A stretch of 64,000 nt of DNA from Eubacteriales bacterium (GTDB lineage Bacteria; Bacillota; Clostridia; Oscillospirales; JAAYXM01): the NCBI GenBank assembly GCA_045580305.1, contig JAZNNQ010000003.1, positions 25,008 to 89,007 on the forward strand. The letters are read 5' to 3'. The notes below the pieces were generated by a model, which worked only from the letters and a program-made list of their open reading frames with translations, had not been told where the DNA came from and made no database searches. How positions within the stretch are numbered: the stretch's first letter is position 1; every line of letters begins with the position of its first letter. Shown here one piece after another: positions 54,868 to 64,000 of this stretch. Both the position numbers and the translations under genes were made by a program.

Positions 54868-57468
54868 GTGGCTAAAGATTTTTCACCAATGATGAAGCAA
54901 TATTTTGCGATAAAAAATGAATATCAGGACTGTATCCTGTTTTATAGATTAGGCGATTTCTACGAGATGTTTTTCGATGATGCAAAAACCGCCTCCCGCG
55001 AACTTGAGCTTACTCTCACAGGTCGCGAATGCGGTCAGGAGGAGCGTGCGCCAATGTGTGGTGTGCCGTATCACTCCTGCGAGGCATATATCGGAAGACT
55101 TATCGACAAAGGCTACAAGGTAGCAATTTGCGAGCAGACTCAGGATCCGAAGGAGACAAAAGGCATCGTGGCCCGCGATGTTGTTCGCGTTATCACACCG
55201 GGAACGGTTGTCGAAAGCTCTATGCTCGACAATGAAAAGAACAACTATATTTGCACCGTATATCTTGATGCACTTGGTGCAGGTCTTTGCTTTGCGGATA
55301 TTTCAACAGGCGAGGTAAATGCCATCGAGATAACAAGCGGCGATGTTGAAATGCAGATTGCCGCCGAAATCGGGAAATATATGCCCCGCGAGCTGATTAT
55401 AAATATTGCTGAGAGCGAAAATAAAGCGCTTATCGACTATATCAGGGTTCGTCTTAATCTTTATCCCACCTGCAACAAGGACGAGCTTTTCGAAGAGCGT
55501 GGCGCAAGAGATGCAATTGAAGAAAAATTCAGAACCAACAGAATAAGAACTCTCGGCTTTACCGACGACGGTCGCCTTGTCCGTGCGGTAGGCGCTATGC
55601 TCATATACTTAAACGATACCCAAAAGCGCGACCTTTCGTATATTGAGGGCATAAATTTCTACAGTAAGGACTCCTTTGTACAGCTTGATAATACCGCGCG
55701 CCGCAACTTAGAGCTTACTGAAACGATGCGCGAGCGCCAGAAACGGGGAACGCTCCTTTGGGTGCTTGATAAAACACATACCGCTATGGGAAGCAGACTC
55801 CTTCGCCGTTATATCGACAATCCGCTTATGGATGTTAATGAGATCAAACTGCGCCAGGACGCGGTAAGTGATCTTGTGGACTCGGCTGTTCTTCGTGGAG
55901 AACTGTCCGAGGCGCTTAAAAATGTCCTCGATATAGAGCGCCTTTGCGGCAGAGCGGCATACGGTATTGCAAACGGCCGCGATTTAAACTCTCTGCGCCA
56001 GGCTATCTGCGGACTTCCGTTAATTAAGAGTTATGTGGCAAATTTCCACAGTGAGGAACTTTGCAAAATTAATTCACAGATCGACACTCTTGAGGATATT
56101 CACAATCTGATAGCTGTGTCTATTGACGATGATCCGCCGGCAACCATACGCGAAGGCAAACTTATCCGCGGCGGGTATAATTCTGAGGTGGACGAGCTTC
56201 GACAGATATTAAATGGCGGCAATGAATTTATAAAGAAAATTGAGGCTGATGAGCGGGAGAGAACCGGTATCAAAAACCTTAAGGTCGGTTATAACCGCGT
56301 GTTCGGATACTATATCGAAGTCTCAAAAAGCAATATTTCCCAGGTTCCGGAGCATTACATACGAAAACAGACACTAACAAACGGTGAGCGCTTTATCACT
56401 CAGGAACTTAAAAACCTTGAAGCCACTATCCTCAGTGCGCAGGAGCGTATTGTTGCATTAGAGGCTGAACTGTTTCGTGATGTCTGCGCTAAAATCGTTG
56501 CCGAGCGCAGTCGAATTCGCATTACCGCTCAGGCGATAAGTAAACTTGATGTGTATTCGGCATTGGCTGAGTGTGCGGTAAGGTATCACTATGTAAGGCC
56601 GATGGTTGACAATAGCGATGAAATTGAAATTGTCGGCGGCCGACATCCGGTTGTTGAGCGTATGCTCAGGGATGTCAGTTTTGTACCCAATGACACACTT
56701 TTAGACTGCAGTGAAAACCGTATGGCGGTTATCACCGGACCCAATATGGCTGGTAAATCCACATATATGCGTCAGGTTGCACTTATAACAATAATGGCGC
56801 AAATAGGCTCCTTTGTTCCGGCTGATAGCGCAAAAATCGGCGTTGTTGACAAGGTGTTTACCAGAATAGGTGCATCAGACGATTTAGCAGCGGGACAGTC
56901 CACATTTATGGTGGAAATGAGCGAAGTTGCTGACATAATCAAAAATGCAACGCACAAAAGCCTTCTCATTTTAGACGAGATCGGCAGGGGAACATCCACC
57001 TTTGACGGTATGTCCATTGCCCGCGCGGTTATCGAATACATTTCAAATTCCGGCAGAATAGGCGCTAAAACCCTTTTTGCAACCCACTACCACGAACTCA
57101 CAGAACTTGAGAATCAGATTGATGGTGTTAAGAACTACAACATAGCGGTTAAAAAAGTGGGCTTTGACATTACCTTCCTGCGTAAGATTATGCGCGGAAG
57201 TGCGGATGACAGCTACGGTATTGAGGTAGCAAAGCTTGCGGGCCTTCCAGAAAATATAATTCATCGCGCAAAGGAAATTCTGGATGATTTAGAGCGCGGT
57301 GAAGGTGTGCCGTCGGTGTCAGCATCAAGAATTGAATATGTTACCGACCCACGCGTGGATGAGCTTTTAAAGCGCGTATCATCAATTGATATCAACTCAC
57401 TTACACCACTTGATGCACAGAGAGTTTTATATAATTTAATTTCTGAAATTTCAAATTTGGAGGAATAG
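54868..57468 (+). CDS. mutS: DNA mismatch repair protein MutS
   Basis: SPMMKQY....N......LFYR.GDFYE.F, Walker A GPNM.GKST and DE.GRGTST. The start is one of GTG 54859, 54865 or 54868, after the miaB stop region. Confidence 0.93.
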   Translation: MAKDFSPMMKQYFAIKNEYQDCILFYRLGDFYEMFFDDAKTASRELELTLTGRECGQEERAPMCGVPYHSCEAYIGRLIDKGYKVAICEQTQDPKETKGIVARDVVRVITPGTVVESSMLDNEKNNYICTVYLDALGAGLCFADISTGEVNAIEITSGDVEMQIAAEIGKYMPRELIINIAESENKALIDYIRVRLNLYPTCNKDELFEERGARDAIEEKFRTNRIRTLGFTDDGRLVRAVGAMLIYLNDTQKRDLSYIEGINFYSKDSFVQLDNTARRNLELTETMRERQKRGTLLWVLDKTHTAMGSRLLRRYIDNPLMDVNEIKLRQDAVSDLVDSAVLRGELSEALKNVLDIERLCGRAAYGIANGRDLNSLRQAICGLPLIKSYVANFHSEELCKINSQIDTLEDIHNLIAVSIDDDPPATIREGKLIRGGYNSEVDELRQILNGGNEFIKKIEADERERTGIKNLKVGYNRVFGYYIEVSKSNISQVPEHYIRKQTLTNGERFITQELKNLEATILSAQERIVALEAELFRDVCAKIVAERSRIRITAQAISKLDVYSALAECAVRYHYVRPMVDNSDEIEIVGGRHPVVERMLRDVSFVPNDTLLDCSENRMAVITGPNMAGKSTYMRQVALITIMAQIGSFVPADSAKIGVVDKVFTRIGASDDLAAGQSTFMVEMSEVADIIKNATHKSLLILDEIGRGTSTFDGMSIARAVIEYISNSGRIGAKTLFATHYHELTELENQIDGVKNYNIAVKKVGFDITFLRKIMRGSADDSYGIEVAKLAGLPENIIHRAKEILDDLERGEGVPSVSASRIEYVTDPRVDELLKRVSSIDINSLTPLDAQRVLYNLISEISNLEE

Positions 57469-57471
57469 GCT

Positions 57472-59325
57472 ATGCCGAGAATTCAGGTCTTGTCACAGCA
57501 TGTGGCGGACTTAATAGCTGCAGGTGAGGTAGTAGAACGCCCTGCATCGGTTGCAAAAGAGCTTGTTGAAAATGCAATAGATGCCGGTGCCACATTCATA
57601 ACTGTTGAGATTAAATCCGGTGGTGTGGCATATCTCCGCGTTACCGATGACGGTTGCGGAATTGCCCGCGATGATGTTCCTACTGCCATTCTGCGCCATT
57701 CCACAAGTAAAATACAGAACGAGCAGGATCTTGAGCATATTGCAACCCTCGGCTTCAGAGGTGAGGCGCTTGCGGCAATTACCGCGGTTTCCAAGGTTGA
57801 GCTTATAACTCACAGATTAGAGGATGAAATGGGCACGCGTCTTTATCAGGAGGGCGGCACCATTTTAGAGATTGACGATATAGGTGCGCCCAAGGGCACT
57901 ACCATCATTGTGCGGGAGCTTTTTTACAATACACCCGCTCGTATGAAATTCCTTAAAAAGGACGCTACCGAGGGCAGTGCCGTTGAGGGTGTAATTACTG
58001 CGGTCGCACTGTCACACCCTGAAATTTCTTTTCAGCTTATTCGCGAAGGCAAGGTTGCTTTGCACACACCGGGAGATGGTAAAAAGGATTCTTGTGTCTA
58101 TAGCGTATTGGGGCGTGATATGGCAAATTCAATGCTGAAAGCTGAGGGCGAAAACGGTACGATCAAGGTAAGTGGTTTTATTACGAAGCCTATTGCCGCC
58201 AGAGGTAATCGCGCTCTGCAGTATTTCTTTGTAAACGGCCGTTATGTAAAATCAAAAATGCTTATGGCGGCTCTTGAACAAGCATATGCAAATGTGATTA
58301 TGAAGGGCAGATTTCCCAGTTGTGTACTGGAAATAACTCTTCCGGTAGAACTTACCGATGTTAATGTGCATCCAACAAAGACCGAGATAAAGTTTGCCCG
58401 TGAAAAAGAGGTTTTCGACGCGGTGTATTACGCGGTTAAAAATGCAATCCTCAATGACACCACTTTGAGTGAGGCACAGATTTTGACCAAACCAAAGCCC
58501 TTCGTGGAGGATGCTCCCCAAATTACAAGCAAACCTATGTATTTTAATAAAGTAGAGCCGGTTAGTTCAAGTGAGGAAAAGGCTCCGGAAGTTAAACCCA
58601 AAACAATCACCTTTGTGCCTAAAACAACCCCGATCTTCAAAACCGAACAGCCTGCAGAGCGTAAGCAGGTACAGAATTTCCCGGTAACGGTTGAGGAAGA
58701 GCCGGTGTTAAATCTGTTCTCGCCGGAAGGTGAAAAGGCAGAAACTGAGGTTGAAAAAGTACAGTTTAAATACATTGGCGAGGTGTTAGACACCTACATA
58801 ATCGTAGAATGTGACGAAGGTGTCGTTCTTATAGACAAGCACGCGGCTCACGAGCGCATTTTATTTGAAAAGCTTAAGGGGCAGAAAATTGCACCTCAGG
58901 CACAGCGTCTTTTGGCTCCGGTGCATATAAAGCTTGCAAATGATGAAATTGAGGTTCTTTTTGAAAATCTCAAGCTGTTGGAATCCCTCGGTTTTGAAAT
59001 CGACGAAATGGGCTTTGGAAGCATTGCTGTTCGACAAGTACCGGACGGAATTGACGAGGGTACTGTGTCATCATCAATTTCTGAGATAGCCTTTGCTCTG
59101 CAGAACAAAAGAAAAATCAGCGAGGAAGAGCGTTTTGATGAAATTCTTCATTCTATTGCTTGTAAGGCTGCAATTAAAGCAGGTATGAAGACCAACCGAT
59201 TTGAAGCTGAAAAACTTGCCCGCGAGGTACTTGAACGGGATGATATCCGTTATTGCCCCCACGGAAGACCGGTTGCGGTTTCCCTAAGTAAATATCAGCT
59301 TGAAAAGATGTTTCGTCGTTCATAA
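57472..59325 (+). CDS. mutL: DNA mismatch repair endonuclease MutL
   Basis: I..L......IAAGEV.ERPASV.KEL.ENAIDAG and a C-terminal ...CPHGRP motif. Confidence 0.94.
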   Translation: MPRIQVLSQHVADLIAAGEVVERPASVAKELVENAIDAGATFITVEIKSGGVAYLRVTDDGCGIARDDVPTAILRHSTSKIQNEQDLEHIATLGFRGEALAAITAVSKVELITHRLEDEMGTRLYQEGGTILEIDDIGAPKGTTIIVRELFYNTPARMKFLKKDATEGSAVEGVITAVALSHPEISFQLIREGKVALHTPGDGKKDSCVYSVLGRDMANSMLKAEGENGTIKVSGFITKPIAARGNRALQYFFVNGRYVKSKMLMAALEQAYANVIMKGRFPSCVLEITLPVELTDVNVHPTKTEIKFAREKEVFDAVYYAVKNAILNDTTLSEAQILTKPKPFVEDAPQITSKPMYFNKVEPVSSSEEKAPEVKPKTITFVPKTTPIFKTEQPAERKQVQNFPVTVEEEPVLNLFSPEGEKAETEVEKVQFKYIGEVLDTYIIVECDEGVVLIDKHAAHERILFEKLKGQKIAPQAQRLLAPVHIKLANDEIEVLFENLKLLESLGFEIDEMGFGSIAVRQVPDGIDEGTVSSSISEIAFALQNKRKISEEERFDEILHSIACKAAIKAGMKTNRFEAEKLAREVLERDDIRYCPHGRPVAVSLSKYQLEKMFRRS

Positions 59326-59336
59326 AGGAGATTTTG

Positions 59337-60257
59337 ATGCAAAAAATCGTTTGTATTGTCGGACCTACCGCCTCGGGTAAAACAAAACTAGGAATTGAAC
59401 TTTGTAAAGCCCTTAACGGAGAGGTTGTTTCGGCAGATTCAATGCAGATATATAAGGATATGGATATCGGCACAGCCAAGCCTTCAATGGAGGAGCGGAA
59501 CGGTGTACCCCATCATTTGTTCGACATTGTTGAGGCAGATGAGGCTTATTCTGTTTCCCGTTTTGTAGAAGATGCGGACAAAGCTATTGCTGATATAGCG
59601 AGTAGGGGAAAACTACCCGTAGTTGTCGGCGGCACAGGACTTTATATCGACGCTCTCATTCGCGGCGGCGGCTTTGCGGAATATGATGAGGAGTACCGTA
59701 AAGAACTTATGGCAAAAGAGCCTGAAGAGCTTTTTGAAATGCTAAGAGCGGTTGATCCGAAAAGCGCCGAGCGTCTTCATATCAAGGATATAAAGCGAAT
59801 TTGCCGTGCGCTTGAGATATATCATTTAAGCGGTAAAACAATCGGTGAGCATAATGAAATGACACAACAGTGCCCGCCACGATATGACGCTAAAATAATA
59901 GGTCTTACCTGCGAGTACAGACAAATTCTTTACGACAGAATAGAAAAACGCGTTGATGAGATGCTCCGGATGGGACTGCTTGAGGAAACTAAATGCCTTT
60001 TGGATAAGGGTGTTCCGGAAGCGGCAACATCAATGCAGGCAATAGGCTACAAGGAAATAATCCCCGCATTGCAGGGCAAGGTCAGTTTAGATGAAGCGGT
60101 GTCGCTTCTCAAACAGTCTACCCGTCGTCTTGCCAAAAGACAGCTTACCTGGTTTCGACGGGACAATAGAATTAAATGGTTTTATCTTGATAACCCCAAA
60201 AATTTTGATGATGTACTACAAGCTTCGTGTGATTTCGTCAAAAATAGTGATGTATAG
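59337..60257 (+). CDS. miaA: tRNA dimethylallyltransferase
   Basis: GPTASGKT P-loop, DSMQIYK.MDIGTAKP and HHL.D. Confidence 0.93.
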   Translation: MQKIVCIVGPTASGKTKLGIELCKALNGEVVSADSMQIYKDMDIGTAKPSMEERNGVPHHLFDIVEADEAYSVSRFVEDADKAIADIASRGKLPVVVGGTGLYIDALIRGGGFAEYDEEYRKELMAKEPEELFEMLRAVDPKSAERLHIKDIKRICRALEIYHLSGKTIGEHNEMTQQCPPRYDAKIIGLTCEYRQILYDRIEKRVDEMLRMGLLEETKCLLDKGVPEAATSMQAIGYKEIIPALQGKVSLDEAVSLLKQSTRRLAKRQLTWFRRDNRIKWFYLDNPKNFDDVLQASCDFVKNSDV

Positions 60258-60305
60258 TAGTTGCAGGAAAATTTTTCCAAATACAGAAAAAAGGAAGCGA
60301 TTACT

Positions 60306-60551
60306 ATGCAAAAAACAAACAATCTACAGGACATTTTACTTACATATGCTCGTCGTGAGCGTATGGCGGTCACCGTGTTTTTAACAAACGGATATCAGCT
60401 TAAGGGCACCGTGCAAGGATTTGACTGCTTTATAGTTGTGCTGAATACAGAAGGCAGACAGCAGATTATTTATAAGCACGCCATATCTACTATTATTCCC
60501 GCAAGACCCATACAGCTTGATGTCGCGCAAGAAAAGGAGGACGCGCAATAA
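60306..60551 (+). CDS. hfq: RNA chaperone Hfq
   Basis: LQD..L........V.VFL.NG.QLKG.V.GFD.F.V.L........[11 protein letters not shown] 60306. Confidence 0.92.
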   Translation: MQKTNNLQDILLTYARRERMAVTVFLTNGYQLKGTVQGFDCFIVVLNTEGRQQIIYKHAISTIIPARPIQLDVAQEKEDAQ

Positions 60552-60568
60552 CCTTTGCGTAAAGGAAT

Positions 60569-61786
60569 ATGAAGGGACATTATATCGGGCGAATTATATA
60601 CGCGCTATTTGCGGTTTTTGTCGTTGTATATATCATAGGTGCGGTGTGGAATGTGATTTACAATCCCGTCAAAACCGTAAGTGCATTACATATTGAGGCC
60701 GAGGACAGCATAGAGGTTGACGGCTTGGTTGTGCGCGAAGAGAGGGTCTTAGGCGCTATTGCCTCGGGTGTTGTCGAAATGCAGGTGGAAGAGGGAGAAC
60801 GCGCGGCTAAAGGTGATGCGGTTGCCTATGTATATGCGGACCAAGCTGCGCTCGATAAGGTCCATCAGAAAAAGGATTTGAGTGAGCGAATAACAAGACT
60901 TGAAAACCTTATGAATCAAGGCAATGAGGTCGTAGATTTAAAAACCGTAGATACGGCCATAGTCAAAATGAGTGAGGAATTGTCCTCATATTACGAAACA
61001 AATAATTTTTCCAAAATGCCTCAGGTCATTGACGACATTAAGAATAAAACCCTTGCCAGAGAATATGTCTACCGCGATAAGAGTGATCTCAAAGCGGTAA
61101 TAGACTCTCTTAAGTCAGAGCGCACGGCAATCGGAAATGTAACGGTCAGCAAAGCTATATACGCAACAACTCCGGGCTATTATTCGAATGATAGTGATGG
61201 ACTTGAGAGCGTTCTTGCCTGCTCAAAGGTTGAGGAACTTACCCCTTCCCGTTATAAAGAAATTGACGACGGAATAAGCGTCAATTCTCAAAACGACGGT
61301 ACTTTAGGCAAGATTATAACCGAGTTTTACTGGAATTATGCCACTATTGTAAGCATAGAAGAGGCAGAGCGAATCAATGTTGGCAAAAGCGCAAAACTAA
61401 GCTTTGAAAATCCCCTTTATCCGGATGTTACCGCTAAGGTGCAGTGGAAAAGTGAGGCGGAAAACGGCAAGGTTTGTGTTGTATTCCGAATTGATGAGCA
61501 TGTGGGTGATTTTACTCTTGCGCGAAAATTACGGGCGAACATCGTAATTCGCAGCTATGAAGGCCTTAAAGTCCCGCGTGAGGCACTTCGTATGAACGAA
61601 GAAGGTGTTCAGGGCGTGTATTGCCTTATCGACTCTCAGGTCAAATTCAAACCGGTAGAAACCATTTTTGAAAAAGAGAGCTACTACATTGTAAAATACG
61701 ACAGTACAAACACAAAAGGTCTTTTATTGTATGACGAGATCGTTGTATCCGCGAAGGAACTTGAGCACAGGAAAATGGTTAAATAA
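60569..61786 (+). CDS. HlyD-family-like membrane-anchored protein (periplasmic adaptor-like)
   Basis: N-terminal TM helix, a barrel-sandwich-like hairpin (G.V......EGE.V.KGD.V) and a predicted coiled coil. Assignment is tentative. Confidence 0.55.
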   Translation: MKGHYIGRIIYALFAVFVVVYIIGAVWNVIYNPVKTVSALHIEAEDSIEVDGLVVREERVLGAIASGVVEMQVEEGERAAKGDAVAYVYADQAALDKVHQKKDLSERITRLENLMNQGNEVVDLKTVDTAIVKMSEELSSYYETNNFSKMPQVIDDIKNKTLAREYVYRDKSDLKAVIDSLKSERTAIGNVTVSKAIYATTPGYYSNDSDGLESVLACSKVEELTPSRYKEIDDGISVNSQNDGTLGKIITEFYWNYATIVSIEEAERINVGKSAKLSFENPLYPDVTAKVQWKSEAENGKVCVVFRIDEHVGDFTLARKLRANIVIRSYEGLKVPREALRMNEEGVQGVYCLIDSQVKFKPVETIFEKESYYIVKYDSTNTKGLLLYDEIVVSAKELEHRKMVK

Positions 61787-61803
61787 CGGGGAAGTGATTT
61801 TTA

Positions 61804-62508
61804 ATGTCTGAAATTTTGGAAAATGTAAAAAAACTTCGTGCGCATATTGCAGAAGCGGCCGAAAAAAGCGGCAGAAAAGCAGAGGACATAGTTCTCGTGG
61901 CTGCTACAAAAATGAACGATGCAGATCGTGTTCGCACAGCCATTGACGCGGGCATTGATGTGGCAGGTGAAAACCGCGTTCAGGAATTGCTCGATAAATA
62001 CGAGAAAGGCGCATATGAAGGTGTGCCGCTCCATTTCATTGGAAACTTACAAACCAATAAGGTCAAATATCTCATCGGGAAGGTATCCCTTATCCAATCT
62101 GTTGATTCTATAAAACTTGCCCGCGAAATAGGCCGTCTCGCAACCAAAGCGGGAATAGTGCAGGATATTTTGATTGAGATAAACATCGGCGGGGAAGAGA
62201 GCAAAGGCGGTATTCCGCCGCAGGATCTGGATTCATTTATTGAAGAGGTTTCCCAGATTGAAGGAATTTTCGTCCGTGGGCTTATGACAATACCGCCGAT
62301 TTTAGGTGCGAATAATAAAAATATTACATATTTTGAAAAAATGCATCAGCTTTTTATTGACATTGGAGCAAAAAAATACGATAATATTAGTATGGACTTT
62401 TTGTCCATGGGTATGAGCGACGATTACTATGATGCTATTCTTTGCGGCGCTAATATGGTGCGTGTGGGAACCGGTATCTTCGGGCGTCGCAACTATGCAC
62501 AAAATTAA
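61804..62508 (+). CDS. yggS: YggS family pyridoxal phosphate homeostasis protein
   Basis: LVAATK (PLP lysine), HFIG.LQ.NK, LMTIPP and RVGT.IFG. Confidence 0.88.
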   Translation: MSEILENVKKLRAHIAEAAEKSGRKAEDIVLVAATKMNDADRVRTAIDAGIDVAGENRVQELLDKYEKGAYEGVPLHFIGNLQTNKVKYLIGKVSLIQSVDSIKLAREIGRLATKAGIVQDILIEINIGGEESKGGIPPQDLDSFIEEVSQIEGIFVRGLMTIPPILGANNKNITYFEKMHQLFIDIGAKKYDNISMDFLSMGMSDDYYDAILCGANMVRVGTGIFGRRNYAQN

Positions 62509-62523
62509 CGGAGGTATAAAATA

Positions 62524-62958
62524 ATGTGGTTTGTCGATGAATTTAAAAAGTGGGCACGCTTAGATGTAGACGACGAAGAGGATGATTTTGACGAGATTGA
62601 GGATTTTGTTCCCGCTAAACGCGAAGAGCCGGAAGTAAAACCTGAAAAGAAAAATAATAAGGTTCTCAATATTCACACTACCACTCAACTCCAGGTTGTT
62701 CTGGTCAAGCCTGAGAGATTTGAGGCATCTCAGGAAATTGCTGATCATCTAAAAGAGCGTAGAACAGTCGTGTTAAATCTTGAGTCCACCAATAAAGAAA
62801 CCGCGCGCCGTATACTTGACTTCCTTTCCGGCGTTGCATATGCGCAGGAGGGCAATTTGAAGCGCGTTGCCACCGGCACATACATTGTCACCCCGTATAA
62901 TGTCAATATTCAGGGCGACTTACTTAATGAACTTGAAAACAGCGGTCTCTATTTTTAG
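62524..62958 (+). CDS. sepF: cell division protein SepF
   Basis: Acidic N-terminus, then the ....P..F......I.D.L...R.V.LNL........RR.LDFLSG..YA..G......... core. Confidence 0.87.
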   Translation: MWFVDEFKKWARLDVDDEEDDFDEIEDFVPAKREEPEVKPEKKNNKVLNIHTTTQLQVVLVKPERFEASQEIADHLKERRTVVLNLESTNKETARRILDFLSGVAYAQEGNLKRVATGTYIVTPYNVNIQGDLLNELENSGLYF

Positions 62959-62980
62959 TTGATGAAAGGATCTTGTTAAC

Positions 62981-63241
62981 TTGCTTCCAACCATTATTTA
63001 CCGAATACTGCACACGCTGATTGATGTGTACGAGTTTATATTGCTCGCTCGTGCGGTCGTTTCGTGGTTGCCCGTTGATATGGGTAATCCTATCGTTTCA
63101 TTTTTATATGCCGTGACCGAGCCTGTACTTGCTCCGGTTCGTAAACTTTTGTTTAAAATTCCGGCACTGCAAAGCATACCGATAGATTTTTCAATAATTG
63201 TGGTATTTTTATTGCTGAGCGTGCTCAGGAGCTTTATTTAA
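62981..63241 (+). CDS. yggT: YggT family membrane protein
   Basis: 86 aa, two TM segments, L.AR...SW...D..NP...F....TEP.L.P.R motif. TTG start. Confidence 0.8.
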   Translation: MLPTIIYRILHTLIDVYEFILLARAVVSWLPVDMGNPIVSFLYAVTEPVLAPVRKLLFKIPALQSIPIDFSIIVVFLLLSVLRSFI

Positions 63242-63268
63242 AAATATTATTTAAGGGATGTGGAAACT

Positions 63269-64000
63269 ATGCTCTCACCGCAGGAAATTAAGAGTATCCA
63301 GTTTAGTAAGGTTATGTTTGGCGGCTACGATATGGTAGCTGTTGATGAAACAATGGCAGAAATTGCAGATGACTTTAACACCGTAGTTAAGGAAAATGCT
63401 AATTTAAAGAACAAGCTCAAAGTTCTTACCAGCACGATTGACGAGTATCGCAGTGTTGACGAGGCTATGCGTAAGGCTTTAATCACCGCGCAAAATATGG
63501 CGCAGGAGATGGTTAAAGAAGCCCACGAAAAAGCAGATGAGCTTATTAAAAACGCAAGCGCGGTTGCAAGCGCTAAGGTTGCAGACCTTGCTGCTCAGAT
63601 AAGCGCTGAGGAAAAACGCCTTGCTGAAATAAAGGCAGAAAGCGCTATGTTTATTGACGCTATGGGTAAGGCATATAAGCTTCAGTCCGAAAAGCTTGAG
63701 CAGCTTCGCCCGGATGTTGCGGTATCTGAAAATGCAACAGCACTCGAGGACACACTTTCACTTGCAGCAAATGAGATCAGCAAATGTGTTGAAAGCGCAA
63801 TCGAGAATATGAAGACACTTGAGCAGCGTGCAAAAATTGAAGATATTCCCGAAATTGCACCTGAGGTTGATGCTGCCGTTACAGAGGCAACAAAGGTCAT
63901 TAAAGAAGAGCCTAAGAAAGAAAAGTACGATTTATCTGCTTTTGATACACGAACCGATGAGTTTGAAGATACTATGGATTTCGACCAGGTATCTATTGAC
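63269..64000 (+). CDS. divIVA: DivIVA domain protein (5' part; runs off the window)
   Basis: MLSPQEIKSIQFSKVMFGGYDMVAVDETM N-terminal DivIVA motif followed by coiled coil. In frame to the last base, so it is absent from the ORF track. Confidence 0.87.
   Translation, partial: MLSPQEIKSIQFSKVMFGGYDMVAVDETMAEIADDFNTVVKENANLKNKLKVLTSTIDEYRSVDEAMRKALITAQNMAQEMVKEAHEKADELIKNASAVASAKVADLAAQISAEEKRLAEIKAESAMFIDAMGKAYKLQSEKLEQLRPDVAVSENATALEDTLSLAANEISKCVESAIENMKTLEQRAKIEDIPEIAPEVDAAVTEATKVIKEEPKKEKYDLSAFDTRTDEFEDTMDFDQVSID

Overview
This is a chromosomal window from a spore-forming Firmicute, probably a Clostridia-type organism. That placement is an inference from gene content: spoVG, an unannotated spoVM micro-ORF, an alpha/beta-type SASP, ytvI, and many SLH-anchored surface proteins.

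Most of the window (about 14.4-64 kb) is ordinary core genome:
- an NSS transporter and an ACT-hom-lysC operon
- a prs-like gene and tRNA-Thr(CGU)
- a complete hisZGDCBHAF-I-E operon, with hisI and hisE split and rlmA coupled to its end
- hslO, tex, rnj, guaB, galM, nth, spoVG and murC
- the coaW-miaB-mutS-mutL-miaA-hfq block
- the yggS-sepF-yggT-divIVA division cluster

The accessory part is 1.6-14.4 kb. It holds a zinc-ribbon/TPM gene pair and a polytopic membrane protein with a C-terminal LuxR HTH. That regulator is transcribed divergently from a same-strand run of eight genes. Seven of them encode signal-peptide proteins (SLH-anchored proteins, a BspA-type LRR protein and lipoproteins).

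The most unusual observation is in the first two SLH proteins. Each carries, between Ig-like modules, a segment that aligns motif by motif with domain II of EF-Tu, with no GTPase domain present.

Other points worth a second look:
- a four-copy CCCCACACTTT motif, including a 26-bp palindrome, in the divergent promoter region
- an 80-bp duplication of the tRNA-Thr 3' end plus terminator, with no integrase nearby
- a secreted multi-domain nuclease next to that duplication
- a tail-less tandem-OB SSB-like protein
- two similarly organised ~78-nt closed-stem elements

No CRISPR array, transposase, integrase or prophage genes were seen. All family assignments rest on recognising motifs by eye; no database search was run.
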